DNA from: Opitutales bacterium
GTDB taxonomy: Bacteria > Verrucomicrobiota > Verrucomicrobiia > Opitutales > PNEW01
Length of the DNA: 32,000 bases
Reading direction: 5' to 3'
NCBI GenBank assembly: GCA_965219535.1
Contig: CBDCNV010000001.1
Span: 870,001-902,000 of the forward strand
In this document: one piece after another, positions 1-8,172 of the stretch
How positions within the stretch are numbered: the first letter of the stretch is position 1
Layout of the letters: each line of letters starts with the position of its first letter
Position numbers and translations under genes: made by a program
Notes under the pieces: model-generated
Told to the model about the DNA's origin: nothing
Seen by the model: only the letters and a program-made list of their open reading frames with translations
Database searches by the model: none

Positions 1-69
1 GGTCCTGGGACTTTGTCCATGACCGCACAGACAATGGCTGTCCATTAAAGATGATGACTCTGATCGATG

Positions 70-112
70 TACCGAGGAGCTGAAAGCGACGACACTCAAG
101 CGAAGCGAAGAC
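70..112 (+). repeat. 43-nt micro-insertion (TACCGAG family) replacing one A of the GAA codon in LID-E-YTR
   Basis: The sequence is gatg[TACCGAGGAGCTGAAAGCGACGACACTCAAGCGAAGCGAAGAC]atatacg, against an expected gatgaatatacg. It contains an in-frame TGA. The identical 43-mer lies at 6140-6182 (rc) in IS type B. Confidence 0.8.
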
Positions 113-240
113 ATATACGCGTCAATGCTTGGATATCCGGGTCGCCCGTCAACTCACCTCTACCGATGTCCTCTCTGTGCTTAGCGAGGCCATTGAAGAG
201 GAGGGAACTCCTAGCTATATCCGTAGTGACAACGGCAGTG

Positions 241-272
241 TTCCGAGGAGCGAAGCGACGACATGCGAAGCC
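241..272 (+). repeat. 32-nt micro-insertion (TTCCGAG variant) replacing one A of the GAA codon in DNGS-E-F
   Basis: The sequence is agtg[TTCCGAGGAGCGAAGCGACGACATGCGAAGCC]attcattg, against an expected agtgaattcattg. The identical 32-mer lies at 5980-6011 (rc). Confidence 0.8.
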
Positions 273-798
273 ATTCATTGCTCATCAACTGTAGCAGTGG
301 TTGTCCGACAAAAAGATCAAGGCGATCTATATCGATCCGGGTAGTCCATGGCAAAACGGTTTCATCGAGTCGTTTCACAACCGCTTACCCGATGCGTGTT
401 TGAACCGTGAAGTGTTGCTCAGCGTAGCTGAAGCGCAAGTGGTAATTGAATAATGGCGTCAGACCTATAACCATGAACATCCCCACAGTCGTTTAGGCTT
501 TAAAAGCCCACAAGAGTTTGTCAGATTCCTTTCCGCTCTTGGCCGCGTTCGGGCTACGCCCTCACTGCGCCAAGATCTCTCATATACATCAATCCTAAAA
601 CCATTAACTCTCGATAACTCTCTCACTTAAAAATTGGTACGAAAAACAGGGTCCAATCACAGACAATAACTTTTTGGTTGATCGGAAGTTGAGAAGAAAA
701 CTATCAATGTTGTTGCCTGGCAGAGTTGCGATTTGATCCCACAGTGTCTGACAGATCAAGGCGCAACAAGTACATATAATTTTCACAATAACATATAA

Positions 799-1662
799 TT
801 ATACTCTACTATTTTTATGAGCATTTTCGATTAATTCTTTCAGTAATTCACAATGGGTTTTGATGTCTCCTTCCCGTATCCTAAGATTATATTTTTCCAA
901 CCTTGTTACATATTCAGCATCGAGTTCTGCTTCTTCCAGTTTTTTATTCAAGCTAGAGTTTTCTGGTAAACGTATCTGAAGACTAACCCATTGTTTCTTA
1001 GGCCTGCATGTAATAAAGTTATTTGGAATACCAGCTTTAGCTAAGCCAATATAGAACTTGTTGTATTTAAATTCAATTTGAGCATCTATTGATTTTACTA
1101 TTTCAAGTATTTTATCGGCCATCGCAATTGTTTTCTTAGACCCCCTCTTAATCCAATAATCCCTATCGGTTACTTCATGGCTTTCTTCATCCTCATCAAT
1201 CAACCCCAATGCAAGTTCATCTATTACTTTAGTAAAAGTAAGTCCAATCCCTTCACCGACTTTTATAGCATTCACTTGTATAGCGACCAGTGGAATCATT
1301 CCATTAAATAACGATACAATATTTAGAAATCGACTAGTAATGTCCTCAGCTACTAATACAGCACAATGGTCATATTGAGGATATCTTTTTCTTTCAAGAT
1401 CCCAATACTCAATTGTGCGAACGATATGACTTTCATCAGTGGGCCCAAGTTGCACCTCGACTTCATATCTTTTATTATTATCAGGATCTTGGAGTAGTAG
1501 ATCTAAACGCCCTGCCCTGGGTTGCCTTCGTTCTTTATCTCTGAGTAAAACATCTCCTAGCCCTAAAATTGTCGGATCACTGGCAATAGCTTTCTGAACC
1601 CAAATTTCATTAATTTCAGGATGCTGCTTTATTGAGATAGTTTCTAATTTAATGTGTTGCAT
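799..1662 (-). CDS. Hypothetical protein; tentative N-terminal PD-(D/E)xK (NucS/DUF91-like) nuclease core
   Basis: This is a 287-aa ORF with no competing ORF, in an AT-rich island. The motif GRLDLLLQD..YEVEVQLG resembles a D..(D/E)xK core with Q in place of K. The C-terminal half (KFYIGLAK..) resembles DUF5655-like domains. Both assignments are from memory and were not searched. Confidence 0.55.
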   Translation of the reverse strand: MQHIKLETISIKQHPEINEIWVQKAIASDPTILGLGDVLLRDKERRQPRAGRLDLLLQDPDNNKRYEVEVQLGPTDESHIVRTIEYWDLERKRYPQYDHCAVLVAEDITSRFLNIVSLFNGMIPLVAIQVNAIKVGEGIGLTFTKVIDELALGLIDEDEESHEVTDRDYWIKRGSKKTIAMADKILEIVKSIDAQIEFKYNKFYIGLAKAGIPNNFITCRPKKQWVSLQIRLPENSSLNKKLEEAELDAEYVTRLEKYNLRIREGDIKTHCELLKELIENAHKNSRV

Positions 1663-1789
1663 GATTTCTCATAGTTAAGTCTTAATTGCGTATCAATTTA
1701 ATTCGTTTATCAGGTATCTATCCTAGAACCTATCTACTAACTAAATATATGAGCCAATTGGGGAACTGTAAACGGGAGTCAACACCCGG

Positions 1790-1840
1790 TAACTCTCTCA
1801 CTTAAACTGCTACGAAAAAGGGGTCCGATCAGGATTCAGT
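1790..1840 (+). mobile_element. Solo right-end fragment (~50 bp) of IS type A
   Basis: AACACCCGGTAACTCTCTCACTTAAACTGCTACGAAAAAGGGGTCCGATCA matches the IS-A terminus. No transposase sequence lies upstream of it. Confidence 0.75.
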
Positions 1841-1990
1841 CATTGTGTATAGCAACTCGCGCTCAAGAGACTCAGCCCTTAAGTGACTGTTGAGCTCTCG
1901 GCAAATCCGTTGTGCCAAGGACAGTTATGGTCGATATAAATCGTGCCGATCAGGTGCTCTCGCAGACACTGCTGGATGGCTTTGGGTACC
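1841..1990 (-). pseudogene. C-terminal fragment of a further IS3-like transposase, frameshifted and cut by the IS-A end at 1840
   Basis: The reverse translation is ..IYIDHNCPWHNGFAES then, after a 1-nt frame slip, LRAESLERELLYTMTES. This is the PWxNGxxES DDE-E region. Confidence 0.6.
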
Positions 1991-2252
1991 ACTAAAGAAC
2001 ATAGCAAAGAATTTAGGTATTAGCCATACAACGGTTATGAATTTGCATAATGAATTAGAGGAAAAAAGGGGGGTTAAACTTTCGCAGAGATTATTTACGC
2101 AAGACACATATTAAACACGTTGATAAATAAGGATTAAGTAGGCTTGGGGTGGGTTACTCAAAAGAGAGGAAAGGGTTAATACATATAATATTTAATAAGT
2201 TTCGTGAGAAACGGAAAATCTGACAGAAGATTGGATGTGAGGAGTTCTCCTG

Positions 2253-2930
2253 TTATTGTAACGGTTTATCTTTTACAATCGGTAAGATTATATTCAAACC
2301 ATGGCTCAGGTCTTCCTCATCGATTTCTCCATCCCTGTATCGTTTCCAGAGGGGTAGAACGTCGCTCTTCAAGCTCTCAGGATCATAAACAACGATCCCC
2401 ATCCCAGAGATCATTTTATCCCATATCCATTTCGAAGAATCATACAAAAACCTTTGTCGTTCTTCAATCCAATCACTCCCTAGATAGCCCTCTGAAATTA
2501 CGCCTTGGAAGTGTAATGTTTTTTTACTACATTCTCCATGTATGCGCTTTAATTTAGGGATATCCCAGATGATCCCCTTAGGTCGAGGCTTCGAATCAAG
2601 TTCATCAATTATTTTACTCATCACAGTAAATTTATTATAATATGGAGAGAATTTATCGATCAGTTGGTATAGCGTGGTCGTTGACTTTAAAGCCTTTTTA
2701 TATTCGGTCTGACTGAGTTCTCCTCCGCGAGCCGCTCCGAATAAATTAAACCAAAGATGTTCAATAGCTAAACGTAAGTGAAGCCCGGCATAATGAAGGG
2801 TTTGCGGAGAACTGTTTCTCTTAAAATGGTCTAACCATGAAAGAGAATTAAAAACATGCCAAGCTGGATCCTCTATGTAAGCAGAGGACAAAATTTTATC
2901 AGCAGTATGATTTTTGTAATCTATAGTCAT
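2253..2930 (-). CDS. Hypothetical protein with an Rx4H (HEPN-like) motif
   Basis: This is a 225-aa ORF in the AT-rich island. RLAIEH fits the HEPN Rx4-6H signature. No other family is recognisable. Confidence 0.55.
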   Translation of the reverse strand: MTIDYKNHTADKILSSAYIEDPAWHVFNSLSWLDHFKRNSSPQTLHYAGLHLRLAIEHLWFNLFGAARGGELSQTEYKKALKSTTTLYQLIDKFSPYYNKFTVMSKIIDELDSKPRPKGIIWDIPKLKRIHGECSKKTLHFQGVISEGYLGSDWIEERQRFLYDSSKWIWDKMISGMGIVVYDPESLKSDVLPLWKRYRDGEIDEEDLSHGLNIILPIVKDKPLQ

Positions 2931-2979
2931 TCTTTAATCATATTTTTAACAGCAATTATCCAATTTCAATCATTTAAGT

Positions 2980-3050
2980 AATAACGCCTATAACCATGTC
3001 AAATAACGTCATACCCGCCGCTTAATAGAAGATATATAAAAAGGCTCAGA
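2980..3050. repeat. Copy 1 of a ~75-nt direct repeat in an ORF-free region
   Basis: AATAACGCCTATAACCATGTCAAATAACGTCATACCCGCC..TAAAAAGGC aligns with copy 2 at 3307-3390 at about 80% identity over the first 40 nt, judged by eye. Confidence 0.5.
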
Positions 3051-3306
3051 TAAAAAACTTTTACCTTAGGGGTGAAATAGTTGATACATATTTCAAACTA
3101 TAAGAGGTATTAATATTTGATTGGTAAGTGTTCTTTACCTGCCAACCATAAATAAATATCTATTGTCCTAAGTGTCTAATTGTTTAGATTGTAGAATTGC
3201 TGAAATTTTTAAATTATTTCTTTACTAGGTGTAACAACAGGTGTCATTTATCAGTTTTAAATAAAATATATTGGGTAGCGAATGATTTGCGCAATTCATT
3301 GAGAAT

Positions 3307-3390
3307 AATAACACTTATAACCGTGTCAATTTGCGTAATAGCCGCATCAAATAAACGTTTTAACAGTGGGGGATAGTAAAAAGGCCTTGA
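3307..3390. repeat. Copy 2 of the ~75-nt direct repeat
   Basis: The sequence is AATAACACTTATAACCGTGTCAATTTGCGTAATAGCCGCA..GTAAAAAGGC. It is preceded by the near-palindrome AATGATTTGCGCAATTCATT at 3281-3300. Confidence 0.5.
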
Positions 3391-3870
3391 TCTCGGGGAA
3401 AACGCGGAAATTTTGTGTTATTTTTGACGAATAGATTGTTAGAAATTATTCGTACCTGACCGTTTTGGTTAACATAGTGGGGGTGCTACTGTTCAACTTC
3501 AGCCTGGTAATCTAAAATAACGGTTTACCTAATTTCCCCTGATAATATGCCAGCAGAGGCTATTGGGTTTGATGGAAAGGAATTGAAAACAGGATGATCT
3601 TCAAATCAGGCACTTAAAAAATAGAAATTACTTCTGAAGAATGATCTAAATAAGAAGATAATTAATCTTAGTTTGAGTTATCTTTTTCTGGATTCATCTT
3701 ATTGCGATATTTTTCTGTCACGATGTTGGTCTTGATCAAAGACACAGTCAGATCGATTAATGCCTTCAAATCTTCAATATCTTTACCTTCTCATTTTTTA
3801 GGGTATTGCAGCTTTTATTATAATATACTCGCCTAAAAAGAAGCAGTTAATAACTAAAGAGGTTTATCAT

Positions 3871-4451
3871 ATGACTAATGGTGGAAAAAAGAACGTACTG
3901 TTTATATTTGGTGCAGGAATTTCGTTAGCCTCTCGCCCAAAATTCGGAGAACCCATTTCTACAGATACAATAACTAAGGCAATTTTCACTGATAAATTAC
4001 AGAAGAATAGGGCACAATGGTTTGACCCTGAAAGAGATGGTGAGCCATCACCAATTGTTGATGAAGGCATTCACCCTCTATTAAGGTTAATAAAGTATAA
4101 ATTTATTAATCATCTTAGATATAGAGAATACAAAGTCACCTATGAAGATATATTTTACTTTTTGATTTCTCATGACCGTGAAGGTGGTTATACAAAGAAT
4201 CCTTTATTAAAAAATGCATTTGCACAGTTTGCTGATGAAGCATGCCTTGCTTGGAAGGCTGCTAAAAATTTTGATAGGGACTATGAATTCTGGGCGGAAA
4301 TGCTAATTCTAGCACAAAAGTATATAAAGTCCGTTGTTAAATTTCATTTATGTGATTTATGTGAACCAATAGGTTACGAGTGGTTAAGCGATACTATGCA
4401 GGATGGAAAGTATAAGAGCAATATCGTTACTTTAAATCATGATAGCCTATT
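3871..4451 (+). pseudogene. SIR2-like (SIR2_2-type, defence-associated) gene, 3'-truncated by an IS type A end
   Basis: The ORF runs 3871..4488, with AAGAGG 9 nt upstream of the ATG. NVLFIFGAGIS and IVTLNHDSLFD resemble the GAGxS and TTNYD motifs of SIR2_2 domains. From 4452 the frame runs into TGATCGGACCCCGTTTTTCGTACC (the IS terminal repeat), which supplies RTPFFVPLFK and the stop. Confidence 0.5.
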
Positions 4452-4640
4452 TGATCGGACCCCGTTTTTCGTACCACTTTTTAAGTGAGAGAGTTACCTT
4501 GTATTAATGGTATTAGGATTGATGTATATGAGAGATCTTGGCGAAGTGAGGGCGTAGCCCGAACGCGGCCAAGAGCGGAAAGGAATCTGACAAACTCTTG
4601 TAGGCTTTTAAAGCCTAAACGACTGTGGGTCCGTTCAGGG
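4452..4640 (-). mobile_element. IS type A, 3'-terminal ~190-bp fragment (inverted relative to copy at 1-659)
   Basis: The reverse translation is ..RLGFKSLQEFVRFLSALGRVRATPSLRQDLSYTSIL.., nearly identical to 490-600. The terminal repeat starts at 4452. Confidence 0.85.
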
Positions 4641-4717
4641 GAATCACGCCACCCAATCAGAGACAATCCTTTATTCAATCGGGTTTGATCTATAAATATT
4701 TTTAACGCCGTAATTTT

Positions 4718-5380
4718 TTACCTGCGAGACAGCGCAAAAAGGTAAAGTAGATTTCCCAAGGACGCGATAAAAGCAGCCACATAGGTAAATCCTGCCGCGT
4801 CCAAAGTTTTGCTTACCCCTGGGATTTCTGAAGGATCAACGATTCCCAGATTCGGCAGTTGAGCCTTAGCTCGCCTGCTCGCATCAAATTCTACAGGAAG
4901 CGTTACCAGTTGAAAGACGGTTAATACAAGATAAACAAAAATGCCCAACTTGATTAGGCCCAAGATACCAAAGAAAAAACCGCCAATAATTACAAATGGC
5001 AGCAACCGTGATGCAAAGTTTGTAATTGGAATCAGAGCCATACGAAATTGAAGCGCTTTGTAACCCACTTTGTGCTGAATAGCGTGCCCAGCCTCATGGG
5101 CGGCAACACCCAAAGCCGCTAAACTCGTGCCCCTGTAATTCTCTTCACTCAAAGCAAGGCGTTTATGTACCGGATCATAATGATCGGTCAAATGACCACG
5201 AATGGCTACGATATTAACATCGTCAATGCCCGCGCTTCGCATTACATAAGCTGCAGCTTCCCGTCCGGTAATACGACTGCGGGAATTCACTTGAGAATAT
5301 TTATTATAAGTACTGGACACCTTTGCCTGTGCCCACATAGCGATAATAATAGGGATAATAATAAATAATAGAAAGCTCAT
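4718..5380 (-). CDS. yugP: YugP-like membrane zinc metallopeptidase (Pfam Zn_peptidase_2)
   Basis: This is a 220-aa ORF with HEAGHAIQH (HExxH), GHLTDHYDP and TLPVEFDASRRA motifs. It has an N-terminal and two central hydrophobic segments, as in Bacillus YugP. Confidence 0.85.
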   Translation of the reverse strand: MSFLLFIIIPIIIAMWAQAKVSSTYNKYSQVNSRSRITGREAAAYVMRSAGIDDVNIVAIRGHLTDHYDPVHKRLALSEENYRGTSLAALGVAAHEAGHAIQHKVGYKALQFRMALIPITNFASRLLPFVIIGGFFFGILGLIKLGIFVYLVLTVFQLVTLPVEFDASRRAKAQLPNLGIVDPSEIPGVSKTLDAAGFTYVAAFIASLGNLLYLFALSRR

Positions 5381-5882
5381 TGCTCAATAGATATTTATGC
5401 AGGGGATAAAACAATCTGTTCCCCTATCCCACAAGTCAAGTTAAAGAGCCTCTCGATAGTAAACGTTCAGTTACATCCTCGTATAGCCTCACTCTTTCTG
5501 AAAATTCTGGCAGATCCACTTTCTTCGAATTCAGGGAAGATCCAAGCGCATTTACATTTTGAAGGTAGATCTCTTCTGTTTTCAAATTTACTCATTTTTT
5601 ATCGTATTTTTATACAAACCGACGATTTGGTGGGGTTATTAGTGTTTTCAATCTGGTCGGGTTAGGCAAACTGGTCCACCGGGAGAGTTAGTGTGGAGAG
5701 GTTAATGTTGAAGTTGAGTGGGTAGAGGAAGTCAAGGCTTGGGCGGGCACGGACATGATTGTAAAGCCAGCACCAATCTTCGATCACCACACCTGCTTCG
5801 GTTAAAGTGCATAGCTGTTGACGGTTTAAACACTGCTCGCGAAAACGGGCATGAAACGACTCAACGAAACCATGGAAGATGT

Positions 5883-5906
5883 CGCTAACGCTCGGTACTG
5901 CCAAGG
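5883..5906 (-). repeat. 24-nt micro-insertion in the PWQ-N-GF codon of IS type B
   Basis: On the coding strand the sequence is ccttggcag[TACCGAGCGTTAGCGACATCTTCC]atggtttc, against an expected cagaatggtttc. Confidence 0.75.
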
Positions 5907-5979
5907 GCTTGCTGGTTGGATATAGACGGTTGTGATTTTCATCGCCGCCAGTGAAGCTCGCAATTCGCTTTGAGTAAAT

Positions 5980-6011
5980 GGCTTCGCATGTCGTCGCTTC
6001 GCTCCTCGGAA
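5980..6011 (-). repeat. 32-nt micro-insertion, identical to 241-272, at the DNGS-E-F codon of IS type B
   Basis: The reverse complement reads ggatcgg[TTCCGAGGAGCGAAGCGACGACATGCGAAGCC]atttactc. Confidence 0.8.
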
Positions 6012-6139
6012 CCGATCCATTGTCGCTACTCATATATTGTGGAGGTCCATGCCGGTCGATCAGTTTTTGCATGATACAGCGCAGCGTTTCCGCATTGCTA
6101 TAGCGATCAACATGGATCACCCGACACTCGCGGGGGTAT

Positions 6140-6182
6140 GTCTTCGCTTCGCTTGAGTGTCGTCGCTTTCAGCTCCTCGGTA
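6140..6182 (-). repeat. 43-nt micro-insertion, identical to 70-112, at the VLD-E-Y codon of IS type B
   Basis: The reverse complement reads gctcgatg[TACCGAGGAGCTGAAAGCGACGACACTCAAGCGAAGCGAAGAC]ataccccc. Confidence 0.8.
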
Positions 6183-6612
6183 CATCGAGCACGGGCAGCA
6201 TTTTTAAACTGCCACCGCGAACCGTCTTAGCGTGGATAAAATCCCAACTCCAAACCTGGCCGGGATGTTCGCCCTTCCTCGGCAGCCTGGTGTAGATACC
6301 CCGGCGACGGCCTCTTCGCTTGCACAGGACCGATCGCCACAGGTCCAGTTCACCTCGCAGACCTTGTACGAGCCGTTTACCTACTTGCCAGCCTTCGTGC
6401 TTGAACAACTTCGTGATCTTCGGATAGCCCCAACTGGCGTATTGCCGTGATAACCGCCTTACTGGCCCCTTCAATTTCGTTAGCCAAGCATCCGCATGCC
6501 TTGGCCCGATACGCATAGGGGCAACGGTGCAGCTGAAAGTATCGGCACGCTGCACGCATCGTACACTGGCCCTCAGCCACAAGGCTCTTTGCCCCTTGTG
6601 CCCAGCGCTTAT

Positions 6613-6636
6613 TACCGAGCGTAAGCGACATCTTCC
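6613..6636 (+). repeat. 24-nt micro-insertion in the orfA/orfB junction region of IS type B, opposite orientation to the transposase
   Basis: The sequence is cgcttat[TACCGAGCGTAAGCGACATCTTCC]attttattcgag. Confidence 0.7.
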
Positions 6637-7039
6637 ATTTTATTCGAGGGTCTCCTGCACCATCTCTATCCCCAGCAGCTTGTCTGCGAGCATCCGTTTT
6701 AGCCGCGCGTTCTCCTTCAAAGAGCTCTTTCATCCACTTGGCTTCGTTGACATCAATCATCCCTAACTCACGCTTCCAACGGTGCAAGCTCTGTTCGCTT
6801 ATATTGTTCTCGCGGCATACTTCCAGGATCGTTTTCCCTTTGTCTGCCTAGCGCAGCATCCGTATCTTCTTTTCGGTCGTGTAGCTTTTGCCTTTCTTTG
6901 TCCGAGTCCTTCTTAGGTTACCCACACTATCTTTTCAACTGTCCCTGTTCCCGTGGTCTCGACCAAATTAATATAAATCGTAGATTTACAAGCAATGCCA
7001 GACGGGAGAGTTGAACTCCAAACTAAAGGCTCAGGAATT

Positions 7040-7284
7040 ATTTTTCCAGCTCTTTATATCGCTTCGCATCAGCTAGCTCCAAGTTCCCATACTTTTATGC
7101 CAGCGATAGAATGTCTGTTCGCTTAGGTTGTTGCCACGGCAGACTTCCTCTACCGTCTTGCGGGTATCGGCTTGCTTCAGGATTGTGATGATCTGTTCTG
7201 TTGTGTATCTTTTTCTTTTCATTTAGGTTATCTGTTTATCCCGATAACCTCTCTCTGTAAATGATACGATTTTGGGTTACTCCA
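7040..7284 (-). mobile_element. IS3-family sequence type D: left end plus N-terminal orfA fragment
   Basis: The reverse strand reads TGGAGTAACCCAAAATCGTATCATTTACAGAGAGAGGTTATCGGGATAAAC..ATG, then MKRKRYTTEQIITILKQADTRKTVEEVCRGNNLSEQTFYRWHK.. (IS3/IS911-type HTH), then decay. The same end recurs at 14097. Confidence 0.7.
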
Positions 7285-7478
7285 TTAAATCAACTCGAAA
7301 ATTCTTGGCCGATTCCTGGCCGAATATCAGCAAAAAATATGATTCCTGCCCTTTCCTGCCAAACATTTAAAGGCAAGGTCAGGAAATTAGAGGAAAATAT
7401 TATTATTGGTTCGTTATTTAAGTTTAACTAATTTTTAATAAGCAGCTGATAAGCTATTATTGAGTCCCGTTCACAGTC

Positions 7479-7780
7479 GGTTTCATCGAGTCGTTTCACA
7501 ACCGCTTACGCGATGAGTGTTTGAACCGTGAAGTGTTGCTCAGCTTAGCTGAAGCCATAGGGGTAATTGAACAATGGCGTCAGACCTATAACCATGAACA
7601 TCCCCACAGTCGCTTAGGCTTTAAAAGCCCACAAGAGTTTATCAGATTCCTTTCCGCTCTTGGCCGCGTTCGGGCTACGCCCTCACTTCGCCAAGATCTC
7701 TCATATACATCAATCCTAAAACCATTAACTCTCGATAACTCTCTCACTTAAAAATTGGTACGAAAAACGGGGTCCGATCA
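7479..7780 (+). mobile_element. IS type A, 3'-terminal ~300-bp fragment
   Basis: The translation is GFIESFHNRLRDECLNREVLLSLAEAIGVIEQWRQTYNHEHPHSRLGFKSPQEF.. followed by the terminal repeat ending ..GGGGTCCGATCA at 7780. Confidence 0.85.
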
Positions 7781-7791
7781 CTGCCAGCAAA

Positions 7792-7848
7792 CGTTTTAAC
7801 CGCGCGTTCTCCTTCAAAGAGCTCTTTCATCCGCTTGGCTTGGTTGAC
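7792..7848 (-). mobile_element. Short orfA fragment related to IS type B, abutting the IS-A end
   Basis: CGTTTTAACCGCGCGTTCTCCTTCAAAGAGCTCTTTCATCCGCTTGGCTTGGTTGAC closely matches 6693-6750. Confidence 0.6.
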
Positions 7849-8046
7849 TATTGCGAGATATGGACTCACAGACGGTTCTCGCGCTTCCTGAAGCTGAGAG
7901 GGACAGAGGAGGGGGTGGTTTTTTTGCGGCACCTGAGTCACCGGTGCACGGTCGAGCGGCACTGGCCACAGGGTGATGAAGAGGGGGCTGTTTTTGCCAC
8001 AATTTGTGCTGTCAACTGTTTTATACGTACGAATTATGAGCGTGAA

Positions 8047-8172
8047 CTGTAGACACACTTAAAAAAGGAGCGTGAGGATCGACACGATCCTCTCTTATCG
8101 ATCCGCCCATCAATTAAGGGATGTTTTAGGTTGTCCGCAATGAAGGCCAACCTGTGGACACACTTAAAAAAG
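8047..8172. repeat. Two copies of CTGTRGACACACTTAAAAAAG 105 nt apart, with a perfect 8-bp hairpin between them
   Basis: The copies lie at 8047-8067 and 8152-8172. The hairpin GAGGATCG-aca-CGATCCTC lies at 8074-8092. Confidence 0.5.

Larger units (their letters stand above)
1..659 (+). mobile_element. IS3-family insertion sequence, sequence type A, 3' portion: inactivated transposase orfB plus right terminal repeat
   Basis: After removing two micro-insertions the translation reads SWDFVHDRTDNGCPLKMMTLID[E]YTRQCL..IRSDNGS[E]FIAHQL*QWL..IDPGSPWQNGFIESFHNRL..YNHEHPHSRLGFKSPQEF, an rve/DDE core. There are extra in-frame stops at tag 292-294 and taa 451-453. The terminus ..CACTTAAAAATTGGTACGAAAAACAGGGTCCAATCA ends at 659, and the same end recurs at 1840, 4452(rc), 7780, 16890 and, diverged, at 19430(rc). 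Confidence 0.9.
5654..6956 (-). mobile_element. IS3-family insertion sequence, sequence type B, apparently full length but inactivated
   Basis: The orfA-like part is KGKSYTTEKKIRMLR*ADKGKTILEVCRENNISEQSLHRWKRELG. The orfB-like part is ..YASWGYPKITKLFKHEGWQVGKRLV..VWSWDFIHAKTVRGGSLKMLPVLD[ins]..SSDNGS[ins]..PWQ[ins]NGFVESFHARFREQCLN. The ends are TGGTCGGG at 5654 and CTCGACCA at 6956. The boundaries are approximate. Confidence 0.8.

Noticed and set aside
67-344. ORFs 67..294, 96..278 and 129..344 as genes
   Set aside because: They are frame artefacts created by the two micro-insertions inside the IS type A transposase pseudogene. The peptide VPRSEATTCEAI is simply the translated 32-nt insert.
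1890-2114. 74-aa ORF with an HTH-like segment (NIAKNLGISHTTVMNLHNELEEKRG)
   Set aside because: Its 5' half is antisense to the IS3-like transposase fragment at 1841-1990, and there is no ribosome-binding site. The HTH-like tail could be a relic of a resolvase or orfA-type gene, but an intact gene is not supportable.
5470-5594. 42-aa ORF (MSKFENRRDLPSKCKCAWIFPEFEESGSARIFRKSEAIRGCN) on the minus strand between the peptidase gene and IS type B
   Set aside because: It is too short, with no RBS and no recognisable motif, so it cannot be supported from sequence alone.
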